49,122 bases of DNA from an uncultured Alphaproteobacteria bacterium (GCA_937988735.1 CALKHQ010000337.1:1-49122), one strand, 5' to 3'. Counted from the stretch's first letter, positions 28,079-37,250 are shown. A program made the numbers and translations. The notes: a model not told the origin generated them from the sequence alone.

Positions 28079-28778
28079 AGGCCAGGTCGAACAGCAGGAT
28101 CTCTGCCGGCTCGTCGCCCGCGCCGGCGATCCTGATCTCGTCGACGTCGCTGATCGCGGCGCCGTCGCCGGCCTCCATCGCCGTGCCGTTGACGCTGACC
28201 GCGCCGCGGGCGACTTGCACCCATGCGTGCCGGTCGGGCGCCAGCCCATGGGTCAGCTCCGCGCCCGGCACCAGGTCCGCGGCATAGATCAGCGCGTCCT
28301 GGTGGATCATCAGCGACCCGCCGCGACCGTCGGGCGACACCACCAGACGCAGCTGGTTCAGCTTGCCCGTGCCAGGGAACTTCTTCTGCTCGTACCGCGG
28401 CGGGTGACCCTTGCGATCGGTCTCGATCCAGATCTGCAGCAGGTGGGTCTCCTCCGGGGCGTGGTTGTACTCGCTGTGCACCACGCCGGTGCCGGCCGAC
28501 ATCACCTGCACCTCGCCGGGCCGGATCACCGCGCCGTTGCCCATGCTGTCGCGATGGGCCACCGCGCCCTCCAGCACATAGGTGATGATCTCCATGTCGC
28601 GGTGGCCGTGGTCGGGAAAGCCCGCATTGGGCGCCATCCGGTCCTCGTTGATGACGCGGAGCGCCCGGAAGCCCATATGGTTCGGGTCGTGGTACTGCCC
28701 GAAGGAGAAGCTGTGGCGCGCCTTCAGCCAGCCGAAGTCGGCCCGGCCGCGCGCATCGCTCTTGCGGAGTGTCAGCAT
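28077..28778 (-). CDS. pirin family protein (bicupin)
   Basis: Starts at ATG 28778 inside ORF 28077..29360. The sequence MLTLRKSDARGRADFGWLKARHSFSFGQYHDPNHMGFRALRVINEDRMAPNAGFPDHGHRDMEIITYVLEG carries the pirin signature. Confidence 0.9.
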   Translation of the reverse strand: MLTLRKSDARGRADFGWLKARHSFSFGQYHDPNHMGFRALRVINEDRMAPNAGFPDHGHRDMEIITYVLEGAVAHRDSMGNGAVIRPGEVQVMSAGTGVVHSEYNHAPEETHLLQIWIETDRKGHPPRYEQKKFPGTGKLNQLRLVVSPDGRGGSLMIHQDALIYAADLVPGAELTHGLAPDRHAWVQVARGAVSVNGTAMEAGDGAAISDVDEIRIAGAGDEPAEILLFDLA

Positions 28779-28901
28779 GGCGCCTTCCCGTGTAGTGTTG
28801 GCATTCCGACGATATGGTGACGGCCGGATGCGCGACAGTGTTGCGCGAGGAAAAGGACTGTTGCCGATGCCGGACGATGACCCCGCCGGGAGGACAGCAG
28901 G

Positions 28902-29390
28902 ATGAGCCAGTCGCGCGCGCCGGTGATGACCGGTGGCTGCCAGTGCGGTGCGGTCCGCTACGCGCTGTACGCCGAGCCCTCGGGTCCCCACATCTGCCAC
29001 TGCCGGATGTGCCAGAAGGCGTTCGGTTCCTATTTCGCGCCGCTGGCCGGGGTGGCGCTTGCCGACTTCGCCTGGACCCGCGGCCGGCCCAGGGTGTTCA
29101 ACAGCTCGTCGGTGGTCGAGCGCGGCTTCTGCGGCGACTGCGGCACACCGCTCAGCTTCCGCTACACCGACGGGGAACGCATTGCGATCTCCCTCGGCAG
29201 CCTCGATCATCCCGAACGGGTGGCGCCGGAGCACCAGTATGGCGTGGAGAGCGTGGTGCCCTTCTTCGCGGCCCTGCCGACGCTGAAATCCTCCACCACC
29301 GAGGAGGACACGCCGCCGGAGCGGCTTGCCCTGCTGAAGAGCCGCCAGCACCCCGACCACGACACGGCCGAATGGCCGCCGCGCAGCTAG
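28902..29390 (+). CDS. GFA (glutathione-dependent formaldehyde-activating/CENP-V) family zinc protein, copy 1
   Basis: 162 aa. Cys motifs GGCQCGAVRY, CHCRMCQK and FCGDCGTPL. Confidence 0.85.
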   Translation: MSQSRAPVMTGGCQCGAVRYALYAEPSGPHICHCRMCQKAFGSYFAPLAGVALADFAWTRGRPRVFNSSSVVERGFCGDCGTPLSFRYTDGERIAISLGSLDHPERVAPEHQYGVESVVPFFAALPTLKSSTTEEDTPPERLALLKSRQHPDHDTAEWPPRS

Positions 29391-29403
29391 CGGGAGGGCG
29401 CCG

Positions 29404-29892
29404 ATGACCGCCGCCCGGACGCCCGTGATGACCGGCGGCTGCCAGTGCGGGGCCGTTCGCTACGCCCTCTACGCGCCGCCGCAGGGCCCGCACATCTGCC
29501 ATTGCCGGATGTGCCAGAAAGCGTTCGGGTCCTACTTCGCGCCGCTGGCCTCGGTGCCGCTCGCCGACTTCGCCTGGACGCGCGGCCGGGCGAAGACGTT
29601 CAGGAGCTCGGCAGCGGCCGAGCGCGGCTTCTGCGGCGATTGCGGCACGCCGCTCAGCATCCGCGACCTCGACGGCGACCGGATCGACATCGCCCTCGGC
29701 AGTCTCGACCGGCCGCAGGATGTCGTGCCCGGGCGCCAGATAGGGGCGGAGAGCCGGGTGCCGTTCTTCGCCGCGCTGCCGCGGCTCCCCGCGACCGCGA
29801 CGGAGGACGACGTGCCGCCGGAACGGCTCGCGCTGCTGAAGAGCCGGCAGCACCCCGACCGCGATACCGACCGTTGGCCGCCGGACGCCTGA
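29404..29892 (+). CDS. GFA family zinc protein, copy 2 (tandem paralog)
   Basis: 162 aa, collinear with copy 1 without gaps, with the same three Cys motifs. Confidence 0.85.
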   Translation: MTAARTPVMTGGCQCGAVRYALYAPPQGPHICHCRMCQKAFGSYFAPLASVPLADFAWTRGRAKTFRSSAAAERGFCGDCGTPLSIRDLDGDRIDIALGSLDRPQDVVPGRQIGAESRVPFFAALPRLPATATEDDVPPERLALLKSRQHPDRDTDRWPPDA

Positions 29893-29932
29893 GACCGCCG
29901 GTGGGCGCGGACCGCTGACCGGCCATCCGACC

Positions 29933-31360
29933 ATGGCCAACGTCCGCGTCATCACGCTCGTCATCGCTGCCGCACTGTTCATGGAGAACCTGGACGGCAC
30001 GGTGATCGCGACCTCGCTGCCGGCGATTGCCGCCGACCTGGCGGTCGATCCGATCATCCTCAAGCTCGCCTTCACCGCCTATCTGCTGTCGCTCGCGATC
30101 TTCATCCCGGTCTCGGGCTGGTGCGCCGACCGGTTCGGTGCGCGCTCGGTGTTCCAGGCGGCGATCGCGGTGTTCACCCTCGCCTCGATCGGCTGCGCGC
30201 TGGCGGACGACCTGGCCGGGCTGGTGGCCGCCCGCTTCGGCCAGGGCGTGGGGGGGGCGATGATGGTGCCGGTGGGGCGGCTCATAATCCTGCGCGTGGT
30301 CGCGAAGCGCGAGCTGGTGAACGCGATGGCGTGGCTCACCATCCCGGCGCTGATTGCGCCGCTGCTCGGCCCGCCGGTCGGCGGGTTCATCACCACCTAC
30401 TACCACTGGCGCTGGATCTTCTGGCTCAATGTGCCGATCGGCGTCGCCGGCATCGTGCTGGCGGGGCTCCTGGTGCCGCAGGTGAAGGAGGCCGAGCGCC
30501 GCCCGCTGGACTGGGTCGGCTTCGCCCTGTCCGGGCTCGGGCTGTCGTCGCTGATCTTCGGGCTCAGCGTGATCGGGCGCGCGATCGTCGCCCCGGCCGT
30601 GCAGGCCGGGCTCATTGGTGCCGGGCTCGCGCTGGTCGCCGCCTATGTCGCCCACGCCCGGCGGACGCCCCACCCGCTGGTCGATCTCGGCCTGCTGCGC
30701 ATCCCGACCTTCCGCATCGCGGTTGCCGCCGGCACCCTGTCCCGCATCGGCGTCGGCGCGATTCCGTTCCTGCTGCCGCTGATGCTGCAGGTCGGCTTCG
30801 GGCTCAGCCCCTTCGCCTCCGGCTCGCTCACCTTCGCCGCGGCGGCGGGGGCGCTGCTGATGAAGCTCACCGCCGCGCCGGTGCTCCGCCGCTTCGGTTT
30901 CCGCCGGGTGCTGGTGGTGAACACGCTGGTCAGCGCGGCGCTGCTGGGCGTGATCGCGCTGTTCACGGCGGAGACGCCGCATGCGGTGGTGCTGGCAGTG
31001 CTGCTCGCCGGCGGCTTCTTCCGCTCGCTGCAGTTCACCAGCCTGAACGCGCTCGGCTATGCCGACGTCGATTCCCGGCTGATGAGCCGCGCCACCTCCT
31101 TCGCCGCGGTCGCGCAGCAGGTGTCCCTTTCCGTCGGCGTGGCCTTCGCCGCCCTCGTCCTCGAGGCTTCCATGCTGGTCCGGGGCGCGGAGGAGCTGGT
31201 CGCCGCCGATTTCGCCGTCGGCTTCCTCGCCGTCGCGGCGCTGTCAGCCTCCGCGGTCCTCATCGTCGCGCGGCTCGACGGAAACGCCGGCTCCGAGGTC
31301 TCCGGCCACGCCATCGCCACCGCCCCCGCCCAGCCCGACGGCCGCGGCACGCGGGGGTGA
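29933..31360 (+). CDS. MFS transporter, DHA2 (EmrB/QacA-like, 14-TMS) drug:H+ antiporter family
   Basis: 475 aa. The N-terminus LFMENLDGTVIATSLPAIAADL and motif GWCADRFGAR are typical of DHA2. Confidence 0.85.
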   Translation: MANVRVITLVIAAALFMENLDGTVIATSLPAIAADLAVDPIILKLAFTAYLLSLAIFIPVSGWCADRFGARSVFQAAIAVFTLASIGCALADDLAGLVAARFGQGVGGAMMVPVGRLIILRVVAKRELVNAMAWLTIPALIAPLLGPPVGGFITTYYHWRWIFWLNVPIGVAGIVLAGLLVPQVKEAERRPLDWVGFALSGLGLSSLIFGLSVIGRAIVAPAVQAGLIGAGLALVAAYVAHARRTPHPLVDLGLLRIPTFRIAVAAGTLSRIGVGAIPFLLPLMLQVGFGLSPFASGSLTFAAAAGALLMKLTAAPVLRRFGFRRVLVVNTLVSAALLGVIALFTAETPHAVVLAVLLAGGFFRSLQFTSLNALGYADVDSRLMSRATSFAAVAQQVSLSVGVAFAALVLEASMLVRGAEELVAADFAVGFLAVAALSASAVLIVARLDGNAGSEVSGHAIATAPAQPDGRGTRG

Positions 31361-31853
31361 GGCGGGCGATTGACACGGCGCGTCCCTTCTTCGCCGGCTG
31401 ATCAGCCAATTCTGGATCCCCCCGAGAGGGGACACTTCGGTTTGCGGCGCACGACGCCTTTCCCAATCTCCGCCACTTGCTCAGTGGGACAGGAGAGCGG
31501 GGAGACGGACATTTCGCACAACGACGGGAATTTGGACCTGGGCGGGGTTCTTTCCCACATCCTCGAGGTGATGCTGCGACTGGGGGACGACGTGGCCCGC
31601 AACGCCGTTCATGAATTGAGGGAGGCGGTGGAGGAGGCCGAGAACGACGTACGTCGGGAGGTGAGCTGGATCGTGGAACAGCCCAGATGGGCGTCAGACT
31701 GCGCAGGACCGAGACAGGTGATCTGATTTCGGAACGGATCTGTCGGAGTGCTCCATACGGGCACGCCTCGGACTGCGTCCGTCTTGGCTCAGCCGACACT
31801 GCGCCTGCGGACGACGTCCGAGACTCCGTTTCCGATCCGTCGCTGGGTGGAAA

Positions 31854-31929
31854 TGGCGTCCCCTAGGGGACTCGAACCCCTGTTTTCGCCGTGAGAGGGC
31901 GATGTCCTAGGCCACTAGACGAAGGGGAC
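31854..31929 (-). tRNA. tRNA-Glu (anticodon CUC), CCA encoded
   Basis: The reverse complement reads GTCCCCTTCGTCTAGTGGCCTAGGACATCGCCCTCTCACGGCGAAAACAGGGGTTCGAGTCCCCTAGGGGACGCCA. It folds as a cloverleaf: acceptor GTCCCCT/AGGGGAC, anticodon stem TCGCC/GGCGA with loop CT-CTC-AC, and T-arm AGGGG-TTCGAGT-CCCCT. It closely resembles canonical bacterial tRNA-Glu. Confidence 0.92.
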
Positions 31930-31948
31930 CAATGGCGCGTGGGGTTGG

Positions 31949-31978
31949 ATATAGGCGATCCCCCACGCCGAGATCAAG
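31949..31978 (-). promoter_or_regulatory. candidate sigma70-type promoter for tRNA-Glu
   Basis: The minus strand reads CTTGATC-N17-CTATAT (-35 at 31978-31972, -10 at 31954-31949). This is close to the alphaproteobacterial CTTGAC-N17-CTATAT consensus. The -10 ends about 20 nt upstream of the mature tRNA 5' end. Not verified experimentally. Confidence 0.35.
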
Positions 31979-32005
31979 GGCGAAAGGACGGGGCGGCCGG
32001 GCGCG

Positions 32006-33061
32006 CTATGCCGCATCCGGCCGGACGGCGGCGCGGGCGGTGGCGAGGAAACCGTCCACGTCCTCGGGCCGGGTGTCGTGCGCGGTCACCAGGCGGACGG
32101 CGTCGTCGGCCAGCGTCGGCATGTCGTAGAAGGCGTAGCCGGCTTCCCGCAGCCGCGTCCGCACCGGCGCCGGCAGGACCGCGAACAGCAGGTTCGCCTC
32201 GACCGGATAGAGCAGCCGGCAGCCGGGCAGCGCCGTCAGCCCCTGGGCCAGCCGCGCCGCCATGGCATTGGCATGCCCGGCGTAGCGGAGCCAGTTGCCG
32301 TCCTTCAGGTAGCCGAGGTACTGGGCTGCGATGAACCGGCTCTTCGACCACACGTGGCCGGCCCGCTTGATGCGGAAGGAGAAGTCGCGGGCGATGTCGC
32401 GGTTGAAGATCACCACCGCCTCCGCCGCGATGCAGCCGTTCTTGGTGCCGCCGAAGGACATGATGTCCACGCCGGCGCGCCAGGTGAGATCGGCGGGGTC
32501 GCAGCCGAGGGCGGCGACCGCGTTGGCGAAGCGCGCGCCGTCCATGTGCACGGCGAGGCCGCCGGCATGGGCGACCTCGGCCAGGGCCCGCACCTCGTCC
32601 GGCGTGTAGACCTGGCCCGTCTCGGTGGCGTTGGTCAGCGACAGCGCCCGCGGCGGGCTGTGGTGCGGGTCGCGGTCGGCGTGGCGGTCGATCACCGCCA
32701 TCACCTCTTCCGGCAGCAGCTTGCCCAGGCGCCCCGGCAGCCCGAGCAGCTTGGCGCCGCCCGTATGCAGTTCCGGCCCGCCGCATTCGGAGGTGTTGAC
32801 GTGGGAGGCCGCATGGCAGATCACGGCACCGTAGGGCGGAGTCACCTGGGCGAGCGCCAGCCCGTTGGCGGCGGTGCCGGTCCCCAGCAGGTGCACCTCG
32901 CCGGCATCCGGGGCGAGCGCGAACGCCTCCAGGATGGCGGCCGCGGCGCGCGCGGTGGTCGGATCGTTGCCATAGGGCATCGACGGGCCCATGTTGGCCT
33001 CGATCACCGCGTCGATCACGGCCTCTGCGGCCGGGGTGACGTTGTCGCTGCAGAAGTTCAT
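32006..33061 (-). CDS. ltaE: low-specificity L-threonine aldolase (PLP-dependent)
   Basis: MNFCSDNVTPAAEAVIDAV...GTGTAANGLAL...LSLTNATETGQVYT...HMDGARFANA...FGGTKNG blocks. The Lys in GGTKNG is the PLP site. Confidence 0.9.
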   Translation of the reverse strand: MNFCSDNVTPAAEAVIDAVIEANMGPSMPYGNDPTTARAAAAILEAFALAPDAGEVHLLGTGTAANGLALAQVTPPYGAVICHAASHVNTSECGGPELHTGGAKLLGLPGRLGKLLPEEVMAVIDRHADRDPHHSPPRALSLTNATETGQVYTPDEVRALAEVAHAGGLAVHMDGARFANAVAALGCDPADLTWRAGVDIMSFGGTKNGCIAAEAVVIFNRDIARDFSFRIKRAGHVWSKSRFIAAQYLGYLKDGNWLRYAGHANAMAARLAQGLTALPGCRLLYPVEANLLFAVLPAPVRTRLREAGYAFYDMPTLADDAVRLVTAHDTRPEDVDGFLATARAAVRPDAA

Positions 33062-33079
33062 GTCGGCTGCTCCGAAGGC

Positions 33080-33421
33080 CTATCGTTCCGTACCCGTGGC
33101 CGCATCCCCGGCCGCGTCCGCGCCGGGGGCAGCGGCGCCGCTGAGGGTGAGGGTCACCAGCCCGGTGCGGGTGTCGACCACCAGCACGTCCTGGTGGCCG
33201 GCCCTGCGGTCGACGATCAGCAGCGCGCGGAACCCGTCGAGGGTCGCGCTGGCGATCCGGTCGCCGGGCGCGAGCTCCAGCCGCTCCGCGATCGTCTGCG
33301 TGGGCGCGGCTTCGCCCTCGCCCAGCCGCGACGCCCGGTCGATCAGGGTGACGACCACCACGACGAGGCCGGCGACCAGCAGTACGCCCATGGCAATGAC
33401 GGAGATCTTGAGGGCACGCAT
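33080..33421 (-). CDS. small membrane-anchored protein of unknown function (resembles the conserved alphaproteobacterial DUF6476-type protein found next to rluD)
   Basis: Starts at ATG 33421 inside ORF 33080..33466. MRALKISVIAMGVLLVAGLVVVVVTLI forms a single N-terminal TM. It lies 18 nt upstream of ltaE on the same strand. The DUF assignment is from memory only. Confidence 0.6.
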   Translation of the reverse strand: MRALKISVIAMGVLLVAGLVVVVVTLIDRASRLGEGEAAPTQTIAERLELAPGDRIASATLDGFRALLIVDRRAGHQDVLVVDTRTGLVTLTLSGAAAPGADAAGDAATGTER

Positions 33422-33450
33422 CGGCGGTCCGCACGGTTCGACGTTCGGCG

Positions 33451-34470
33451 ATGACGCATAGCACACCGTCGGCTATTGGAAACCCCGAACCGGCGGCGGG
33501 GCCGGAGGAGCTGGTGGTCGTGATCCCGGAGGAGCGGGCCGGCGAGCGGCTGGACCGCGCGCTGGCGGCCGCGGTGCCCGGGCTTTCGCGCAGCCGGATC
33601 CAGGCGCTGATCGCCGCCGGCCACGTGACCGCCGTCACTGCCGGGTGTCCGGCCGGCGACGTAGCCTGCCGGGTAAGGGCGGGGGAATGCTTCCGCATCG
33701 CGGTGCCGGCCCCGGTGGACGACCGCCCGGTGGCCCAGGCCGCCGCCCTTGACGTCATCTACGAGGACGAGCACCTGATCGTGGTCGACAAGCCGGCGGG
33801 GCTGGTGGTGCATCCCGCGCCGGGCAATCCGGATCGCACGCTGGTCAATGCGCTGCTCGCCCATTGCGCCGGCTCCCTGTCGGGGATCGGAGGCGTCCGC
33901 CGGCCGGGAATCGTTCACCGGCTGGACAAGGACACGTCCGGCCTGATGGTCGTCGCCAAGACCGACCCGGCCCACCAGGGGCTGGTCGCGCAGTTCTCCG
34001 CCCGCACCGTGGACCGCCAGTACGTCGCGGTGGTGTGGGGCGTGCCGGTGCCGGCGGAGGGACGGATCGAGGGCGCCATCGGCCGCAGCCCGCACAATCG
34101 CCAGAAGATGGCGGTGCTGGCGCGCGGCGGCCGCCCGGCGACCACGCTCTACCGGGTGGAGCGGAGGCTGGGGCCGGTCCATGCGCTGGTCTCCTGCCGG
34201 CTGCTCACCGGCCGCACCCACCAGATCAGGGTGCACATGACCCAGACCGGCCATCCGCTGGTCGGCGACCCTGTCTACGGCCGCGCCGACCGGCGGCGCC
34301 GGGCGCTGGCCTCGCCGGAGGCGCTGGCCGCGGTGGAGGCGTTCGGGCGGCAGGCGCTGCACGCGCGGACGCTGGGCTTCGTCCATCCGGTGACGGGGGA
34401 GCGGCTTGACTTCGCCCGGCCGGAGCCCGCCGATATGCAGGCCCTGATCGCGGCGCTGGAGCGCGGCTGA
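33451..34470 (+). CDS. rluD: RluA/RluD-family 23S rRNA pseudouridine synthase
   Basis: S4-like N-terminus (ERLDRALAAAVPGLSRSRIQALI), the catalytic motif HRLDKDTSGLMVVAKT, and RTHQIRVH. Confidence 0.9.
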   Translation: MTHSTPSAIGNPEPAAGPEELVVVIPEERAGERLDRALAAAVPGLSRSRIQALIAAGHVTAVTAGCPAGDVACRVRAGECFRIAVPAPVDDRPVAQAAALDVIYEDEHLIVVDKPAGLVVHPAPGNPDRTLVNALLAHCAGSLSGIGGVRRPGIVHRLDKDTSGLMVVAKTDPAHQGLVAQFSARTVDRQYVAVVWGVPVPAEGRIEGAIGRSPHNRQKMAVLARGGRPATTLYRVERRLGPVHALVSCRLLTGRTHQIRVHMTQTGHPLVGDPVYGRADRRRRALASPEALAAVEAFGRQALHARTLGFVHPVTGERLDFARPEPADMQALIAALERG

Positions 34471-34565
34471 GCGGGGAACCGGCGGGCGCGGCCGGCGCTG
34501 TGCCTGCAGGGGCGGTCCGGTGACGTGACGACACCGGACGCATGAGGGGAAGAAGGGAAGGCGGT

Positions 34566-35507
34566 ATGTCGGACACGACGGAACAGGACTTTCAGCGCGC
34601 GACGGAGAACCTGCCGGCGCTGACGGCCGAGGGCAACCTCAGCCGCTACCTGCACGAGATCCGGCAGTTCCCGATGCTCGACGCCGAGGAGGAGTACATG
34701 CTCGCCAAGCGCTGGCGCGAGCATGGCGACACCGAGGCCGCGCACAAGCTGGTGACCAGCCATCTGCGCCTGGTCGCCAAGATCGCCATGGGCTACCGCG
34801 GCTACGGCCTGCCGCTGGCGGAGCTGATCTCCGAGGGCAACCTCGGCATGATGCAGGCGGTGAAGCGGTTCGAGCCGGAGCGGGGCTTCCGGCTGGCCAC
34901 CTACGCCATGTGGTGGATCCGCGCCGCCATCCAGGAATACATCCTGCACTCGTGGTCGCTGGTGAAGATGGGTACCACGGCGGCGCAGAAGAAGCTCTTC
35001 TTCAACCTGCGCAAGCTGAAGGGCCAGATGCGCGCCTACGAGGAGGGCGACCTCTCGCCCGAGCGGGTGAAGAAGATCGCCACCAAGCTGAACGTGTCGG
35101 AGGAAGAGGTGGTGAACATGAACCGCCGCCTCGCCGCCCCCGACCATTCGCTGAACGCGCCGCTCCGTGCCGACGCCGAGGGCGAGTGGCAGGACTGGCT
35201 GGTCGACGAATCGGACGACCAGGAGACCGAGCTCGCCCGCCGGCAGGAGCTCGACCAGCGGCGCGCGATGCTGCAGGCGGCGCTGGCCAACCTCACCGAG
35301 CGCGAGCGCCATATCATCATGAAGCGCCGCCTCACCGACGAGCCGATGACCCTCGAGGACCTGTCGAAGGAGTTCGGCATCAGCCGCGAGCGGGTGCGCC
35401 AGATCGAGGTCCGCGCCTTCGACAAGCTGCAGCGCGCCGTGCGCAACCTCGCCATCCGCCAGCAGATGCAGGCTGCCGAGGCCGGCCTTCCCGATGCGGG
35501 ATACTGA
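34566..35507 (+). CDS. rpoH: RNA polymerase heat-shock sigma factor RpoH (sigma-32)
   Basis: Starts at ATG 34566 inside ORF 34542..35507. It has region 2 (LVTSHLRLVAKIAMGYRGYGLPLAELISEGNLGMMQAVKRFEPERGFRLATYAMWWIRAAI) and the RpoH box QKKLFFNLRKLK. Confidence 0.95.
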   Translation: MSDTTEQDFQRATENLPALTAEGNLSRYLHEIRQFPMLDAEEEYMLAKRWREHGDTEAAHKLVTSHLRLVAKIAMGYRGYGLPLAELISEGNLGMMQAVKRFEPERGFRLATYAMWWIRAAIQEYILHSWSLVKMGTTAAQKKLFFNLRKLKGQMRAYEEGDLSPERVKKIATKLNVSEEEVVNMNRRLAAPDHSLNAPLRADAEGEWQDWLVDESDDQETELARRQELDQRRAMLQAALANLTERERHIIMKRRLTDEPMTLEDLSKEFGISRERVRQIEVRAFDKLQRAVRNLAIRQQMQAAEAGLPDAGY

Positions 35508-35586
35508 ACTCCATTCTTCGCGCTTGCCTGCCGCCGCATGGACGGATGATGATGCCTGCGACAGAATAACGCGCAGGGAGGCAGCG

Positions 35587-35766
35587 ATGGCGCACAAGTT
35601 CGAGATCTACAAGGACAAGGCGGGGGAGTATCGCGCCCGCTTCCGGTACAACGCCGAGGTGATCTTCTCGACCGAGGGCTACAGCAGCAAGGCTTCGGCG
35701 AAGAAGGCGATCGAATCGATCAAGAAGAACGGCCCCGAGGCCCCGGTCGAGGACGTCAGCCAGTAG
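35587..35766 (+). CDS. YegP/DUF1508 family small protein
   Basis: Starts at ATG 35587 inside ORF 35494..35766. MAHKFEIYKDKAGEYRARFRYNAEVIFSTEGYSSKASAKKAIESIKKN is the characteristic single DUF1508 repeat. Confidence 0.8.
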   Translation: MAHKFEIYKDKAGEYRARFRYNAEVIFSTEGYSSKASAKKAIESIKKNGPEAPVEDVSQ

Positions 35767-36750
35767 CTAGCCGGGATACCACACCTTCCGCGGGTCGTCG
35801 GGCGCCCGCCGGTAGTCCCAGGCGTCGTCCACCATCCGCTCCAGGGTCCATTCCGCCCGCCAGCCGAGGCGGAACCTGGCCTTGGCGTTGTCCAGCCACA
35901 CGCTGTGGTAGGGCGAGGGGACGGGCACGGTCCTGAGCCCGCGCGTGCGCGCCAGATATTCGCCCATCCGGCCGTAGTCGAGCGGCTCGTCCATGCAGAT
36001 GTGGAAGGTCTCCCGCCGGGCCTCCGGATGGTCCAGCGCGATCAGGATCGTCGACACCAGATCGGCGACGTGGACGAAGTTGCGCTTCAGCGGCACCCCC
36101 GCCGCGTCGAGCAGCACCGGCACCGCGCCTTCCGCCGCCAGCGCCTTCGCGTCCGGCACCAGATCGCAGTAGCGCGGCCCGCCGAACACGTCCTCGCCGA
36201 AGGTGTGCGCGTATTTCAGGTCGTCCTTCTCCATGATCCACGGCGCGCGCAGGCAGCAGCCGTCCAGCCCGTACTGGACGCCGTACTGCTGCAGCATCAC
36301 CTCCTCCAGCACCTTGGAAAGGGCGTAGCAGCCCGGATAGGCCATGAACGGCCCGTCCTCGGTAACCGGTGCGCTGCGCGGGTAGAAGAAGTGGCCGATG
36401 CCGGCATCGCCGCCGATCAGCACGAAGCGGCGAAAGCTGGGGTCGGCCCGCGCCTCCTCCAGCAGCCAGAACAGCCCCTTCACCGTCACGTCCATTACGT
36501 CCTCGGGCGTTTCCTTGCACGTGGCGAGATGCACGACGTGGGTCACGCCGGCCATCGCCGCCTGCGCCACCGCCCGGTCGGCGATCGAGCCCTTCACCAC
36601 CTCCAGCCGGTCCGTCTGCGGCAGGGTGCGGTTGTGGCACAGCGCCCGGATGCGACCGGCATCGGGGTCGGCGAGAAAGCGCTCGATGAAGTGGCGGCCC
36701 ACCTTGCCGGTGGCGCCGGTGACGAGAACGAGGCGGTCGTGGCCGGACAT
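35767..36750 (-). CDS. NAD-dependent epimerase/dehydratase family protein (extended SDR)
   Basis: Starts at ATG 36750 inside ORF 35767..36882 (MSGHDRLVLVTGATGKVGRHFIERF, Rossmann GxxGxxG). The catalytic YALSK is present. Its stop codon directly abuts the convergent yegP stop. Confidence 0.8.
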   Translation of the reverse strand: MSGHDRLVLVTGATGKVGRHFIERFLADPDAGRIRALCHNRTLPQTDRLEVVKGSIADRAVAQAAMAGVTHVVHLATCKETPEDVMDVTVKGLFWLLEEARADPSFRRFVLIGGDAGIGHFFYPRSAPVTEDGPFMAYPGCYALSKVLEEVMLQQYGVQYGLDGCCLRAPWIMEKDDLKYAHTFGEDVFGGPRYCDLVPDAKALAAEGAVPVLLDAAGVPLKRNFVHVADLVSTILIALDHPEARRETFHICMDEPLDYGRMGEYLARTRGLRTVPVPSPYHSVWLDNAKARFRLGWRAEWTLERMVDDAWDYRRAPDDPRKVWYPG

Positions 36751-37250
36751 CGGTTCTTCCTCCCTGCTGCGGCGCCGACTGTCCCCGCATTCGCCTCCGC
36801 CGCGCAAGGGGCGGGCAACCATTTTTCTGCGCCCGCAGGTGCTGACGCGGGTGTGACGGCTGCCCGATGAATTGCGCCGCAATCGTGTGATGAAATCAGG
36901 TCAGGCGACAGTTAAGCGAAAGTAAACGCGTCTGACCGTGCAAGACATCGTTGCCCTTGCGGTGCAATCGGTGATATGCGGGTCGCGATCCGACGTGCCG
37001 GATAAGTAGAGACTGGTTCTCAGTCTCGCGCGTGCGGAGGAGCTGGTGCTTCCGGGGGCGACGAAGCAGTGGGGTTGGACCGCGGCCTGATCGGGCAGGT
37101 GGAGGGCGCCTCCTGCGGGCGCAAGCCGGTCCTCGCGGCTGCTCATGACGGTCCGCTCCGGCCAGGGGCCGGTGTCGCTCTCGTGGTGCGGCAAGAAGAA
37201 CCGAGCGGCGCATTCCGGATTGGGGTTCAGTATTCAGTACTGGAAAGGAA

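Larger units (their letters stand above)
28902..29892. repeat. tandem gene duplication (two GFA genes, period 502 nt)
   Basis: My manual alignment gives about 120 identical residues out of 162. Long runs of nucleotide identity are present (e.g. gtgatgaccgg.ggctgccagtgcgg, ttcgcgccgctggcc, gccgacttcgcctggac). Confidence 0.8.

Noticed and set aside
31370-31726. 118-aa TTG-initiated ORF next to tRNA-Glu as a real gene
   Set aside because: The start is non-canonical with no clear RBS, GC3 is lower than in neighbours, and I recognise no motif. It is kept only as part of the tRNA-adjacent finding.
34405-34436. Possible promoter for rpoH inside the 3' end of rluD (CTTGAC ... CCGCCGATAT)
   Set aside because: The -35 is good, but the spacer (18-19 nt) and -10 match to either the sigma70 or sigma32 consensus are too weak to call without TSS data.
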